Assembly (NCBI GenBank): GCA_040902075.1
Contig: JBBDXZ010000106.1
Coordinates: 4,417-68,416, forward strand
Direction: 5' to 3'
DNA from: Gemmatimonadaceae bacterium
GTDB taxonomy: Bacteria > Gemmatimonadota > Gemmatimonadetes > Gemmatimonadales > Gemmatimonadaceae
DNA: 64,000 bases
Shown here: piece after piece, positions 1 through 8,542 of the stretch
Layout of the letters: the number at the start of each line of letters is the position of its first letter
Numbering within the stretch: position 1 is the first letter of the stretch
The notes under the pieces: model-generated
Database searches by the model: none
What the model saw: only the letters and a program-made list of their open reading frames with translations
Told to the model about the DNA's origin: nothing
Translations under genes and position numbers: made by a program

Positions 1-288
1 TGGCAGGTGGGGCGTTCTGCGTCACCGTCTGCCAACACAGTGATTCCCATCCGGAGATGAACAGACTCAAGACACTTCTCGGTGAACCGCAGGAGCCGGA
101 GCGACCAGACGATTTCTTCGAGATCGAGTGTCGCTACGAGACCTTTGCGGTATCCCGGCAGACGGCTCAAGAGGTCGAGCGGCGACTCGACCGGGAACCG
201 TCTTCGCGCTGACCGCAGGGCGCGAGTTTCGTCGCGCAAGGCGACAGGAGGACAAGAGCGAACGGCGCCCCTGGGAGGACGAGGACTT

Positions 289-861
289 CTAGGTCGCGAG
301 ACCCTCGAACAACTCCGCGACGCGGCAGCGGAAGCCCGGAATCACGTCGCCAGCCTCGAGCATGTCGTCCGCTCGCAGCCAGCGCACCGGCGCGTCGTCG
401 GAAACGATCATCACCGTGCGCCGCTCGGGGTCGATCACCCAGATGAGCGGAGTACCAGCTTCGCGATAGTCGTCAAGCTTCTCCTCGAGTTCGGACGCTC
501 GCTCGTCCGGCGACAGCACCTCGACTGCGAGATCGGGCGCCATTCTGACGAACCCACGGCCCAGACCGCCCGCCGGCAGCCGATCTGCTCGAATGAACGC
601 AGCGTCGGGATTGCGCACCGTCCGCGGCAGCGCAATCAGCTCATACCCAACACCGTCGTTCAAGACTTTCCCCAAACCGTGCTGGGCGACGAACGGTATC
701 AGCAGCGCCGCGAGGTTGCTCTGTACCCAACCGTGCATTCCGCTGGCCGGCTCCCGCACGCGCGGCACGCCGCGGACCAGCTCCACCTTCCCTTCGGGGA
801 ACCTGTACTGGTAGAACTCCTCGACCGTCATCAAGTCCGGAAGCGTCATCACCGCGTTCAC
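289..861 (-). CDS. Uma2 family endonuclease (DUF820, restriction-endonuclease-like fold)
   Basis: 190-aa ORF. N-terminal MTVEEFYQY..FPEG.KVELV.G, central PDLAVEVLSP and C-terminal K...Y...G.PLIWVIDPE.R.V match the remembered Uma2/DUF820 consensus. No search run. Confidence 0.8.
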   Translation of the reverse strand: MNAVMTLPDLMTVEEFYQYRFPEGKVELVRGVPRVREPASGMHGWVQSNLAALLIPFVAQHGLGKVLNDGVGYELIALPRTVRNPDAAFIRADRLPAGGLGRGFVRMAPDLAVEVLSPDERASELEEKLDDYREAGTPLIWVIDPERRTVMIVSDDAPVRWLRADDMLEAGDVIPGFRCRVAELFEGLAT

Positions 862-1064
862 ACCTGCTCCTGGGTTGTCGTACGGTACGCTCGGCGAGGC
901 GCCGAGTGCAAGCGAAAGTTGGTTGGCGAGCCATCGCGGCCGTCACCACATTCTCGCGCGTGCAATCATCCGGTCTCACGTGGGTCATCCGCCTTACAGT
1001 AGTTCTACTGTAAGGTCCACCTCGGAGTTTGCGGCGCTCAGCGTCCGTGTGAACATCCCTTCCT

Positions 1065-1508
1065 TCACCCGCCGAGGGCTTCGATGTCCGCGAGGTCCTT
1101 GAGACGACCGCTCGCGCGCTTGTTCTGGATGAACGACTTGCGTCCCAGGAATGGCGCTCGCAATCCTCCAAAATTGCTCTCCATCCGATCGGCCCACGCC
1201 GCCGGGAACTCCAACCCGCTCACGCCGGTCAGAACGTCGATTCTATTTGGTGGCATCCCGAACTGGGCCACCATGTCTGGCTGGAGAAGATCCGCCTCGC
1301 TGATGTTCAGGGATTCGAGCGGCGCGCCGAATGCCGCGAGCGCGTGCCATACGCGGCGCACGTTGTCCGGTGTTGCCTCGACCCACACGTCGAGATCGAC
1401 GGTTGCCCGAGGCACTCCATGCGCGGCGAGCGCGTGCGCTCCCACAATGAGGAATCGCGCGTGAACGTCCAGCAACGCCGCGATGAAATCCCGGTAATCC
1501 TCGTTCAC
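1065..1508 (-). CDS. Minimal nucleotidyltransferase-fold protein (DxD motif), TA-like
   Basis: 147-aa ORF. FLIVGAHALAAHG.PRAT.DLDVWV is a G-x-pattern plus DxD as in small NTases. The C-terminal GR.KDL.DIE.L tail is typical of this family. A small partner ORF ends 4 nt upstream. Confidence 0.6.
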   Translation of the reverse strand: MNEDYRDFIAALLDVHARFLIVGAHALAAHGVPRATVDLDVWVEATPDNVRRVWHALAAFGAPLESLNISEADLLQPDMVAQFGMPPNRIDVLTGVSGLEFPAAWADRMESNFGGLRAPFLGRKSFIQNKRASGRLKDLADIEALGG

Positions 1509-1512
1509 CGCG

Positions 1513-1746
1513 CTAGTCGGCGTGGCCTGACTCCCGCAGCGTGATGATCCGTACCGGCATCGTTGCCCGCGTGTACGACGGCAACGGCCGGCCCGTCAGT
1601 GCCCACGCCTCGCGACTCAACGCTGCCACCAGCGCGATGCGCTCGGCGGGGGTGCCGGCAACTCGGGCGTCGCCAGCCTCTCGGCTTTTCAGCGGCACCA
1701 CGCGGCCCGCCATGCCCCCCCCCATCCCCCGGCGTTTCTCGCGCAT
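1513..1746 (-). CDS. Small hypothetical protein, putative partner of the NTase
   Basis: 77-aa ORF immediately upstream of, and co-oriented with, 1065..1508 (4-nt gap). The start is ambiguous (M1, M8 or M12). A G9 run (C9 on + strand, 1715-1723) lies inside or at the 5' end. No family recognised. Confidence 0.4.
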   Translation of the reverse strand: MREKRRGMGGGMAGRVVPLKSREAGDARVAGTPAERIALVAALSREAWALTGRPLPSYTRATMPVRIITLRESGHAD

Positions 1747-1918
1747 GTGTCCATGAAATCTAAGCCAGAGTCTGCGATGGCGAGCTGCCCCCAGCGTCCG
1801 ATGCCGAAGCGGCTCGTACGGGCCAGCCCGTCATTACGGCGGCCGCGTAGAGTCAGGCCAGCGGACGGCGGCGGTCATAAATGAACTGATCTCCGTTGGC
1901 GCCCTCCAGTGGTGACGA

Positions 1919-2548
1919 TCATGGCACCGGCACGCCCAGAACACGCGCTAGCGCAGTGAGATCGTCCACACACGCCGCGGCCTCCTGGGAGGTAACCGGC
2001 AGTTCCTCATTGTGGAGAACGGCAAATCCTAGATCGAAGACGCGCGTCACGCACATGAAAGCCTGTGGCCAGTCCGGCCCGGGCGCTTGAAAGCCCAGAA
2101 AGCGATTGAGTCTACGCTCGCCGACATCGCTGCGGCTAAAGACTTGGGTGACCACGTTGGTGCTGAGAAAATCGTAGTCCGTACCGAGATCGCCGAATTG
2201 CGCGTTCAAGTCGGCGATTGCTTGCACCGTGAAACGGCACGGACAGACAGCGGCATCCACGAGCGCGCACGTGCTATCGAACTTCTTGGACGGATCACCC
2301 GGGACAGCTGCACCCGGTATTCCGTCGCCGTGACTCGAGTGTGCGCCGGCGGCATTGACGCTGACGTTGATCAGATGGTAGCCACCGTCCCCCTCGCGAT
2401 GGCACACGTCCAGCTTTCCGGCCCTGGCCGCCGCGACAGTTGCCGGCGCCGTGGGTGTGAGCGCACTGGCACCGCCCGGGATGTCGTCGCTACAGGCGGC
2501 ACCGAGAAATGCGGCAAGACCTGCGATGACCGTTGGATATTTACGCAT
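1919..2548 (-). CDS. Hypothetical lipoprotein
   Basis: The ORF track gives 1919..2569. The internal Met gives MRKYPTVIAGLAAFLGAAC, a signal peptide with a lipobox (L-G-A-A-C). The mature part is Cys-rich. No family recognised. Confidence 0.6.
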   Translation of the reverse strand: MRKYPTVIAGLAAFLGAACSDDIPGGASALTPTAPATVAAARAGKLDVCHREGDGGYHLINVSVNAAGAHSSHGDGIPGAAVPGDPSKKFDSTCALVDAAVCPCRFTVQAIADLNAQFGDLGTDYDFLSTNVVTQVFSRSDVGERRLNRFLGFQAPGPDWPQAFMCVTRVFDLGFAVLHNEELPVTSQEAAACVDDLTALARVLGVPVP

Positions 2549-2648
2549 ATGTCCTCGTCGGTGGTTCAAGTGATGCTAACTATCAACGGCGACCGTTCCC
2601 TGAGCGTTCCCTGCGAAGGCGTTCACTGGCCTGATCGGTGTCGGCACT

Positions 2649-2924
2649 ATGATCGGGCAGATTCGGTCGAGTAACCGCGGAGGTTACAAGATTCACCTGA
2701 CCTTCAATGACGGATCCGAGAAGACTCTCGATTTCCGCCCCTGGCTGAAGAAGGGTCCGGTCTTCAAACCGCTCGAGAAATTGGAGTACTTCAAGAGATT
2801 CTTTCTGGACGGTGGCACCGTTGCGTGGCCGAATGGGGCGGATATGGCGCCAGAGGTGTTGTACGGCGCCGATGTCGTGCAGTTAACGAGGAAGCGAAAG
2901 CCGCCGCGCCGGCGAAGTGCTTAG
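2649..2924 (+). CDS. DUF2442 domain protein
   Basis: 91-aa ORF. L.F.DG....DF.PW...G..F.PL.....F......G.V.WPNG.D..PE.LY is the DUF2442 pattern. Confidence 0.75.
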   Translation: MIGQIRSSNRGGYKIHLTFNDGSEKTLDFRPWLKKGPVFKPLEKLEYFKRFFLDGGTVAWPNGADMAPEVLYGADVVQLTRKRKPPRRRSA

Positions 2925-3106
2925 CGGTATCAAGCGGTCCATCCACAACGCCTTCCCTTTCCGCTGTACCAATACTGGTACTACAGCCCGGCCTCGAGCC
3001 CCCTCGCGCTCTTCCCGTAGACTCTGGGGACGCCGACGTAGCCTAATGAAGAAGGAGACGCGTGCCGAGACTTAGGGAAACCGCGCTCTTGTGAGGACGC
3101 ACCAAA

Positions 3107-3862
3107 ATGCTGGTAGAACTCGTCGAGAAGACCTGCAGTGCGATCGACCGTCTGCCAATGGAGGATGCATTGCCCGGGCTGCAGCTCGAGCTCCGGCAGC
3201 ATGCTCCTGACACAATCGCAAACCTCAGAAATGAAGCCGTGAAAAACGGAAGCTCTCCGTCCGAGAACGACGCCGTTGTGGCGGCGTCGATGCTGACGTT
3301 CGAGCACGTGAAGGGCCTTCCAACTCTCGCGCGGCTCATGGTGCAGAAGATGAGGGATCGAAGCGCCGATCCTGCCCGACGCTGCGCCGTCGCTGGCGTG
3401 CTCGCCTATCTCGTTCAGCCGCACGACGTGATTCCCGATAGCGCGTCGGGGGGATACGGCTGGCTGGATGACGCGATCCTTCTGCGCGCCGGCCTGGTCG
3501 AGTACCTGAACCTGCTGCCGCCGGGACAGACCAACCTCGAGTTCGAGCAGAAAGTCGTGGGAGTGCTCGTGAGCCTGGCCCCGGCTGACGCGCGACTGGC
3601 GCTCCAGCAGGCCATTGGCACGATGTCGCTTTCCGTTCAGCTAATGGGCCTCATGGAGGCCGAGATCGCGGAGCTGATCCTCGCGAAAGTGATAGCCAAT
3701 CCGTTCGCGACGGCGCAGCAAGCCGCTCCGCGCGGCTTCCGCGCTAAGACTGTCCCGAGTTATGATCGCGGACACTGGTCCGCGGGAATGTATTTCGAAG
3801 GGAACAGCGTTGTCATTCCCGGAGGGCCATCGCTGCTCGACGGCCAGCAATTCATTCCGTAA
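3107..3862 (+). CDS. DUF1232-like protein, paralogue A (about 80 percent aa identity by eye to 17011..17769)
   Basis: 251-aa ORF. AGVLAYLVQPHDVIPDSASGGYGWLDDAILLRAGL matches the DUF1232/YkvA core (Y..P.D.IPD...G..DD). It is near-colinear with the second copy, including about 30 nt of leader. Confidence 0.75.
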   Translation: MLVELVEKTCSAIDRLPMEDALPGLQLELRQHAPDTIANLRNEAVKNGSSPSENDAVVAASMLTFEHVKGLPTLARLMVQKMRDRSADPARRCAVAGVLAYLVQPHDVIPDSASGGYGWLDDAILLRAGLVEYLNLLPPGQTNLEFEQKVVGVLVSLAPADARLALQQAIGTMSLSVQLMGLMEAEIAELILAKVIANPFATAQQAAPRGFRAKTVPSYDRGHWSAGMYFEGNSVVIPGGPSLLDGQQFIP

Positions 3863-3876
3863 TGGCTAACCGTACC

Positions 3877-3893
3877 ACGCCGCTTTGCGGCGT
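3877..3893 (+). terminator. Short GC hairpin downstream of DUF1232-like A
   Basis: ACGCCGC-TTT-GCGGCGT is a 7-bp perfect stem with a 3-nt loop, 15 nt after the stop. Only a weak T tract follows (cggattctt). Confidence 0.3.
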
Positions 3894-3982
3894 CGGATTC
3901 TTAAGGCCCTTTAGTATGGTATAGAGGCTGATTGCGTCCTCTCGATGCAACTACCTGTGGATATTGGAGTTGCGGCGGTTCT

Positions 3983-4010
3983 GTCATCCCGAGCGAATCG
4001 AGGGATCTGC
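3983..4010 (+). repeat. REP-like element, family 1 (GTCATCCCGAGCG-N-CGAGGGATCTGC)
   Basis: gtcatcccgagcgaatcgagggatctgc. Further copies are at 5235-5262 (inverted), 14454-14537 (2.5 copies), 27405-27432 and 37733-37778. Confidence 0.85.
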
Positions 4011-4165
4011 AACCTGTTCGGGCAGACTACGCGAGGATCTGCACTTCGCGGAACGGTGAGGGAACGCGCGTCTTTTATGTATTCCGGGTCGTTGCGCGCT
4101 TTCTGGACATTCCATAAGGTTGCGACGCTGACGCGCCGCACCCCCTCCCATCTCGCGAGGCGTCC

Positions 4166-5227
4166 ATGCTCAAGCAGCTTTCGTCCCGCCAGTGTCTTGG
4201 TGTCGCGCTCATCGCGCTCATCGCGCTCCTTGCTCCGACGACCATCCTTGCTCAACGCGAGACCCCTCGCGAGAAGTTCGCGCGCATCCAGTGGGTGCGG
4301 GGTCCTGCGGACGCACGACTGGGCGACGTCGCGGACGTGGTCGTGCCGGCGTTCTGCCGCGTCACCGACGAGAAGGGCACCAAGCTCTTTCTGGAAGTCA
4401 CGGAGAATCCACCCAGTGGACGTGAAGTCGGCGTCCTTCTGTGCGACGATGCGACTGACAAGGAGTCGGGCTGGTTCGTGGTCTTCACCTACAACGAGAG
4501 CGGTCTGGTGAAAGACGACGAGAAGGCGACGCTCGACCAAGCCGCGATCCTGAAGACGCTTCAGCGCGCAACGGAGGCGGGCAACGACGAGCGGCGCAGT
4601 CGCGGGTGGGAGGAGATCGAGATCGTCGGTTGGTCGCGCCCGCCGTTCTACGATCCGGAGACGCACAATCTCACCTGGTCCACTCGGCTCCGCAGCAAGT
4701 CGTCGCCAGGTGAAACGGTCAACCACTCCGTCCGGCTGCTCGGTCGCGGCGGCGTGATGCACGCCGATTTGGTGGCCGATCCGTCGCAGATGCGCCTCGC
4801 GGTCGCGGCGTTCGACTCGATTCTCACCGAGTACACCTTCGTTCCCGGGCAGAAGTACGCCGAATGGAAGGAGGGGGACAAGGTCGCCGCGTTCGGTCTC
4901 ACCGCGCTCGTCGCCGGCGGCGCCGGCGTGGCCGCCGCGAAGCTCGGCTTGTTCAGCAAGCTCTGGAAGCTCCTCCTCGGCATTCTGATCGCCGGGAAGA
5001 AGCTCATCATCGTCGCCGTGCTGGCTATCGGCGGCGGCCTGGCGAAGCTCTTTGGAAAACGCGGAGCGCAGACGGCGGAGTCGGAGGAGAAAGCGCCTCC
5101 CGCTCCCGCGAAGGCTGGGTCGACGAAGGGCGGCGGGTCCACTCGGCCGGACCTGTATCGGAAGTACATACCACCGAACGCGAACCCACCGGCGCACGCG
5201 GGCGACGGGTCCAGTAAGACTCAGTAG
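4166..5227 (+). CDS. DUF2167 membrane-anchored protein
   Basis: 353-aa ORF with a signal peptide (ALIALIALLAPTTILAQ). W..GP...LG, GW...PFYD..TH.L.W, VNHS.RLLGR.GV and DKVAAFGLTALVAGG, followed by C-terminal TM helices, match the DUF2167 pattern. Confidence 0.75.
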   Translation: MLKQLSSRQCLGVALIALIALLAPTTILAQRETPREKFARIQWVRGPADARLGDVADVVVPAFCRVTDEKGTKLFLEVTENPPSGREVGVLLCDDATDKESGWFVVFTYNESGLVKDDEKATLDQAAILKTLQRATEAGNDERRSRGWEEIEIVGWSRPPFYDPETHNLTWSTRLRSKSSPGETVNHSVRLLGRGGVMHADLVADPSQMRLAVAAFDSILTEYTFVPGQKYAEWKEGDKVAAFGLTALVAGGAGVAAAKLGLFSKLWKLLLGILIAGKKLIIVAVLAIGGGLAKLFGKRGAQTAESEEKAPPAPAKAGSTKGGGSTRPDLYRKYIPPNANPPAHAGDGSSKTQ

Positions 5228-5234
5228 GGGAACT

Positions 5235-5262
5235 GCAGATCCCTCGCTGCGCTCGGGATGAC
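5235..5262 (-). repeat. REP-like element, family 1 (inverted orientation)
   Basis: gcagatccctcgctgcgctcgggatgac is the reverse complement of the family-1 consensus. It lies in the 53-nt spacer between 4166..5227 and 5281..6153. Confidence 0.85.
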
Positions 5263-5280
5263 AGGCAGGCGAGGGGCCTG

Positions 5281-6153
5281 ATGACGGATGATATCGTCAC
5301 GACGTCATTGATACTCGCGCTCGTCGCGCTGTCCGACGGCGTCCGCCGCATTCCCGCGGGCGCGATCGTGCTTCGGAGACTGGGTCTGGGGCCATGGACG
5401 GCGCCGCGATTCGAGGAGCCCGAGTCGCGGCTCGAGCTCGTGTCTTGGTGCATTCCCCTCGCGCTGCCGCTGGTGCTCACCCGCGAATCCAACGGCACGT
5501 CAGGACCGGAGTCCGCCGAGCTCGCACTAACACGGCGACTCACGCGATTTCGTGCCCGGCTGCGCCGAGTGAGACATCACGTGTTGGCCCTGCGCATCAA
5601 CGGCCTGGCAATACTCGCGACGCTCGTCGTCGTCCTGCCGCTGCTCGCCTACCGCGGCGGCGCGTGGGGCTTTCTCGTCGGCGTCCAACTGCTGCTCACC
5701 CTGTGTCTCGTCCAGGTTGTCGCTGCCGCGATGGCGCTGCGGCGAGTCGGCATCGCCTTGCGGCCCGCGCTATTCGCGAGCGTCCCGTTCGCGTGGCCGT
5801 TCACCGCGCCGAGGGCGGCGGAAGTCGTCCAGAGTCACGCGGTCGCGGGCCTTCCGCCTCTCCTGGCCCTCCACGAGCTCGCGCCCGAGGACGAGTTTCT
5901 CCGCGTCGCGCGGCCGGCTCTCTATGACGCGATGGTCAGGAATATCGTGAGCGACGACGTAGCCGCCCTCGCCGAGCTGTGGGGCGAAGCGCGCGTCCGG
6001 TCTCTCATCGGCAAGCCATCGGCTGAAGATGCGGACCTGTACTGTCCACGCTGCGGCTCGGCGTTCAATCCCGGACGGGAGTTTTGCACCGATTGCGGCG
6101 ACGTCGCGTTGTTGCCTCGCGCCGGAGTCGTCAGTCCGATTGCAACATCGTAA
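5281..6153 (+). CDS. Hypothetical polytopic membrane protein with C-terminal zinc ribbon
   Basis: 290-aa ORF with several hydrophobic helices (ILATLVVVLPLLAY, LLLTLCLVQVVAAAMAL). The C-terminal YCPRCG...FCTDCG is a CxxC-N-CxxC ribbon. Confidence 0.55.
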   Translation: MTDDIVTTSLILALVALSDGVRRIPAGAIVLRRLGLGPWTAPRFEEPESRLELVSWCIPLALPLVLTRESNGTSGPESAELALTRRLTRFRARLRRVRHHVLALRINGLAILATLVVVLPLLAYRGGAWGFLVGVQLLLTLCLVQVVAAAMALRRVGIALRPALFASVPFAWPFTAPRAAEVVQSHAVAGLPPLLALHELAPEDEFLRVARPALYDAMVRNIVSDDVAALAELWGEARVRSLIGKPSAEDADLYCPRCGSAFNPGREFCTDCGDVALLPRAGVVSPIATS

Positions 6154-6228
6154 TCTCACGCCGAAACCATCCCGGTGCTCGATCGCGCAATGGAGGTCGT
6201 CGGCCCGCTGCCGGGCCTGGCCTAACCG

Positions 6229-8025
6229 CTAGGTCCCGGCGGCGACAATCTCGAAATCGTCCACCAGGAAAGTCGTGGTTTTGCTGCCACGCTCCCTCGA
6301 GATCAGCTTGATCCGTATCGTCCGCCCAGCATAGCTGCTCAGGTCTACCGTGCGCTGCTCGAATCCCGTCGTGACGTCCATGTTCGAGAAGCTCGCCAAC
6401 GACTCCAGCGGCTTGCCCTGGGTGTCCGCGACCAACACGAGGAGTCCATCGACCGCCGCGCTTCTGCTCTCATCGCTAGAGATGAACAGATAGAAGTTCA
6501 AGCTGATCGAGCCGGTCGTCGGCGGCAGCGCGACGTCCTGCCACAAGCTGTCGGTGTGATTGCTAGCGTGCCCGCCTAGCCACGCCTTCCATTGCCCGGT
6601 CCGCGCCGGGTTCTTCCGGTCCGACGTGATCACCCCGGCCGAAGCGGACCATCCCACCGAGCCATCCTCGAATCCGGGATTGGCGATTGGGACGCGACCG
6701 GTGGACGCCTGCACGACCCCGATGAGAGTGTCCGAATCGGACGGACCTTCATCCGGGAGGATGACGTTCATCAACATCCCGAACAGCGCGAACGCGCCGA
6801 GCACGATCAGCCCTCGACGGGACACCGTCTTGGTCATCCGCCAAAACCGCTGGAGATGTGTGATTGACGGCGGCACGACATCTCGCACGGTCGGCGGCAT
6901 CGGCGGCATCGGCGGCATCGGCGGCTTGGGATCGTTCGTGCCGCCATTCGCCTTCATCACGTCGTCCTTTCGCTTCGGCCACGACCAGCGGCGCCACGAC
7001 GGCTCGACGCCCGGCCCACCCGCTGGAGCACCCGCGCCTACGTCCGTCGCCTCCTGGAGATCCTTCCAGGCGCGTACGAACACCGCCGGTGACATGCGCT
7101 CGAGCCCCAGAAAATCGTCGAACAGCCGATGGAACTTCTTGTCAGTCTCGGACTCCGGTCCATGCTCCATCAGATACAGCGCGTTCTTGTAGAGTCCCGC
7201 GGGGATATCACCCTGGTTGTACCACTTTGCCAGTCGCTTGCGTCGGCGCTCGGCCGCCGAGCGCTCCTGCTCCTCATCGCGCCGCCGCTGCCGTTCGCGA
7301 CTCCACGCGACGATCGGCGACCCCGCCGTCTTCATTCCGGTGTATTGCGGACGTTGGCCTCGCAGCTTGGACTGAGCGTACTGGCTCAGCTCAGCCACCG
7401 TGATCTCGCCATCGTCGTTGAGATCAGCCTCGCCCGACGTGATGCCGTCGATCAGACAGCGCGTGAAGGCGCCCAGCGTCTCGGATTCCGCCGTGTGCTC
7501 CTGCGATACCTCTGCGGCGTCCGACGAGCTGAGGATGTGCAGCCCGGGCGCTCGCGCGATCTGCAGCTGGTCGCTGAGCGCGCTCCGAGTCGTCGCGAAC
7601 GCTTCGGCCGCCGCTCCGCTGAAGCAGCAGTCCAACATGAGCGTCACCTGCTCGCACGGTGACTCGCCGATCAGCTCGCGCATCTGCGGCAGGGTCAACG
7701 ACGTCGCCGCGAGCGCGTTGATCTTCGTGTCCCGGGCGCAGAGGCACAGTTGGCCGCGAAAGCTGAGCTTCCCGTGTCCCGAGTAGTAGATGAGCAGCAT
7801 GTCCGTTGGCGACGCGTCCGCCAGGAGATGCCCGACGGCCTTGCGAATGTCGGCGCTGGACGCGTTCACCAGCAGATCGTCGACCTCGAACTTGCCGAGC
7901 GCGTCGTCCTTGAGGATGGTGCTCAGACGCAATACGTCCGACGCGGGACCGCGCAGCGGAAGCAGCGCTCCACCCGAGTCGGGGAACTCGCCGTTGCCTA
8001 TCAGAAGTGCCCTGCGCCTGGTCAC
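6229..8025 (-). CDS. Caspase-family (peptidase C14) protease with one TM helix and a C-terminal extracytoplasmic jelly-roll (CBM/galactose-binding-like) domain
   Basis: 598-aa ORF. It has ALLIGNGEF, a catalytic His in LLIYYSGHGKL and a catalytic Cys in LMLDCCFSGAA. There is an EF-hand-like DLNDDGEITVAEL, a basic coiled coil and a PMPPMPPMPP linker encoded by a 9-bp repeat at about 6893-6925. A single TM helix (GLIVLGAFALFGMLMNVIL) is followed by NPGFEDGSVGW...FLVDDFEI, typical of CBM4/9-like sandwiches. Confidence 0.9.
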   Translation of the reverse strand: MTRRRALLIGNGEFPDSGGALLPLRGPASDVLRLSTILKDDALGKFEVDDLLVNASSADIRKAVGHLLADASPTDMLLIYYSGHGKLSFRGQLCLCARDTKINALAATSLTLPQMRELIGESPCEQVTLMLDCCFSGAAAEAFATTRSALSDQLQIARAPGLHILSSSDAAEVSQEHTAESETLGAFTRCLIDGITSGEADLNDDGEITVAELSQYAQSKLRGQRPQYTGMKTAGSPIVAWSRERQRRRDEEQERSAAERRRKRLAKWYNQGDIPAGLYKNALYLMEHGPESETDKKFHRLFDDFLGLERMSPAVFVRAWKDLQEATDVGAGAPAGGPGVEPSWRRWSWPKRKDDVMKANGGTNDPKPPMPPMPPMPPTVRDVVPPSITHLQRFWRMTKTVSRRGLIVLGAFALFGMLMNVILPDEGPSDSDTLIGVVQASTGRVPIANPGFEDGSVGWSASAGVITSDRKNPARTGQWKAWLGGHASNHTDSLWQDVALPPTTGSISLNFYLFISSDESRSAAVDGLLVLVADTQGKPLESLASFSNMDVTTGFEQRTVDLSSYAGRTIRIKLISRERGSKTTTFLVDDFEIVAAGT

Positions 8026-8044
8026 AACGCCTCCTAGAAAATCC

Positions 8045-8413
8045 TCATGCTGGCTTGGCGGCTTCGCCCAGGCTTTTCACGAGCATGTCCGCGTCCTTCG
8101 CTGACAACCTCTTGCCGTCGATCTTGATCTCCTTGCCGTCGGCTCCCTTGACGCTCACGGACAGCGATCGGTCGCGCTCGAGATATGTCTTGAGACACGC
8201 GATGAGTGCCGTCGCGGCGCCGCCGGTGAGAAAGGTCAACACGATCTGACCGAGCATCGCATCGCCCCGCTCACCCGGCTTTGCGGCGCTCGGCGGCGGC
8301 TCCACCCGCAGGTCGGGACTTTTGCGCAGCGACGCCGCGAACTCGCGAGCCAACTGCGCCTGCTGGCTTGCGGGCCTGTCGCTGTGCAGCTCAACCGATA
8401 TCGTCGCGCTCAT
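8045..8413 (-). CDS. EACC1-like small membrane-associated protein (effector-associated constant component-like)
   Basis: The ORF track gives 8045..8434. The Met at 8413 has a GAGG 8 nt upstream. The layout is an N-terminal beta/alpha segment (ISVELHS...QLAREFAASLRKSPDLRV), a Gly/Ala-rich hydrophobic segment (MLGQIVLTFLTGGAATALIACL), then V.V.G.DG.....G. This matches my memory of EACC1 proteins that precede caspase or trypsin effectors. It ends 19 nt before the caspase start. The assignment is an inference. Confidence 0.5.
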   Translation of the reverse strand: MSATISVELHSDRPASQQAQLAREFAASLRKSPDLRVEPPPSAAKPGERGDAMLGQIVLTFLTGGAATALIACLKTYLERDRSLSVSVKGADGKEIKIDGKRLSAKDADMLVKSLGEAAKPA

Positions 8414-8542
8414 GGTGGACCTCGGCTGCGGCACGGGAATCTCCCATCCGAAGGTTGCGTATTGCGCGGCGGTTGTCCACGGGGAATGTGCTCCCCGTAA
8501 ATCTTAGGAAGCGTTAAGGTTGCGCCGCGCTGTTGCAGTGTT

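Noticed and set aside
57-212. 51-aa ORF (MNRLKTLLGEPQEPERPDDFFEIECRYETFAVSRQTAQEVERRLDREPSSR) at the window start.
   Set aside because: The composition is plausible for coding sequence, but the ORF is below the 60-aa threshold. No family was recognised, there is no clear ribosome-binding site, and it may be a fragment of a gene that begins outside the window.
3107-3862. The DUF1232-like proteins as bacterial gasdermins.
   Set aside because: Their size and their position next to a CHAT protease are suggestive. However, the sequence shows the DUF1232 IPD...G..DD core, and I cannot recognise anything gasdermin-like. I keep this only as a functional analogy in the findings.
3911-5197. Long antisense or out-of-frame ORFs, for example 3911..5197(-), 12622..14034(-), 12696..14558(+), 22920..24422(-), 28108..29136(-), 31296..32294(-), 46442..47002(-) and 82..1002(+).
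   Set aside because: These are typical shadow ORFs of a high-GC genome. They are Arg/Ala/Gly/Pro-rich with no motifs, and each fully overlaps a gene on the other strand or frame that has clear family signatures.
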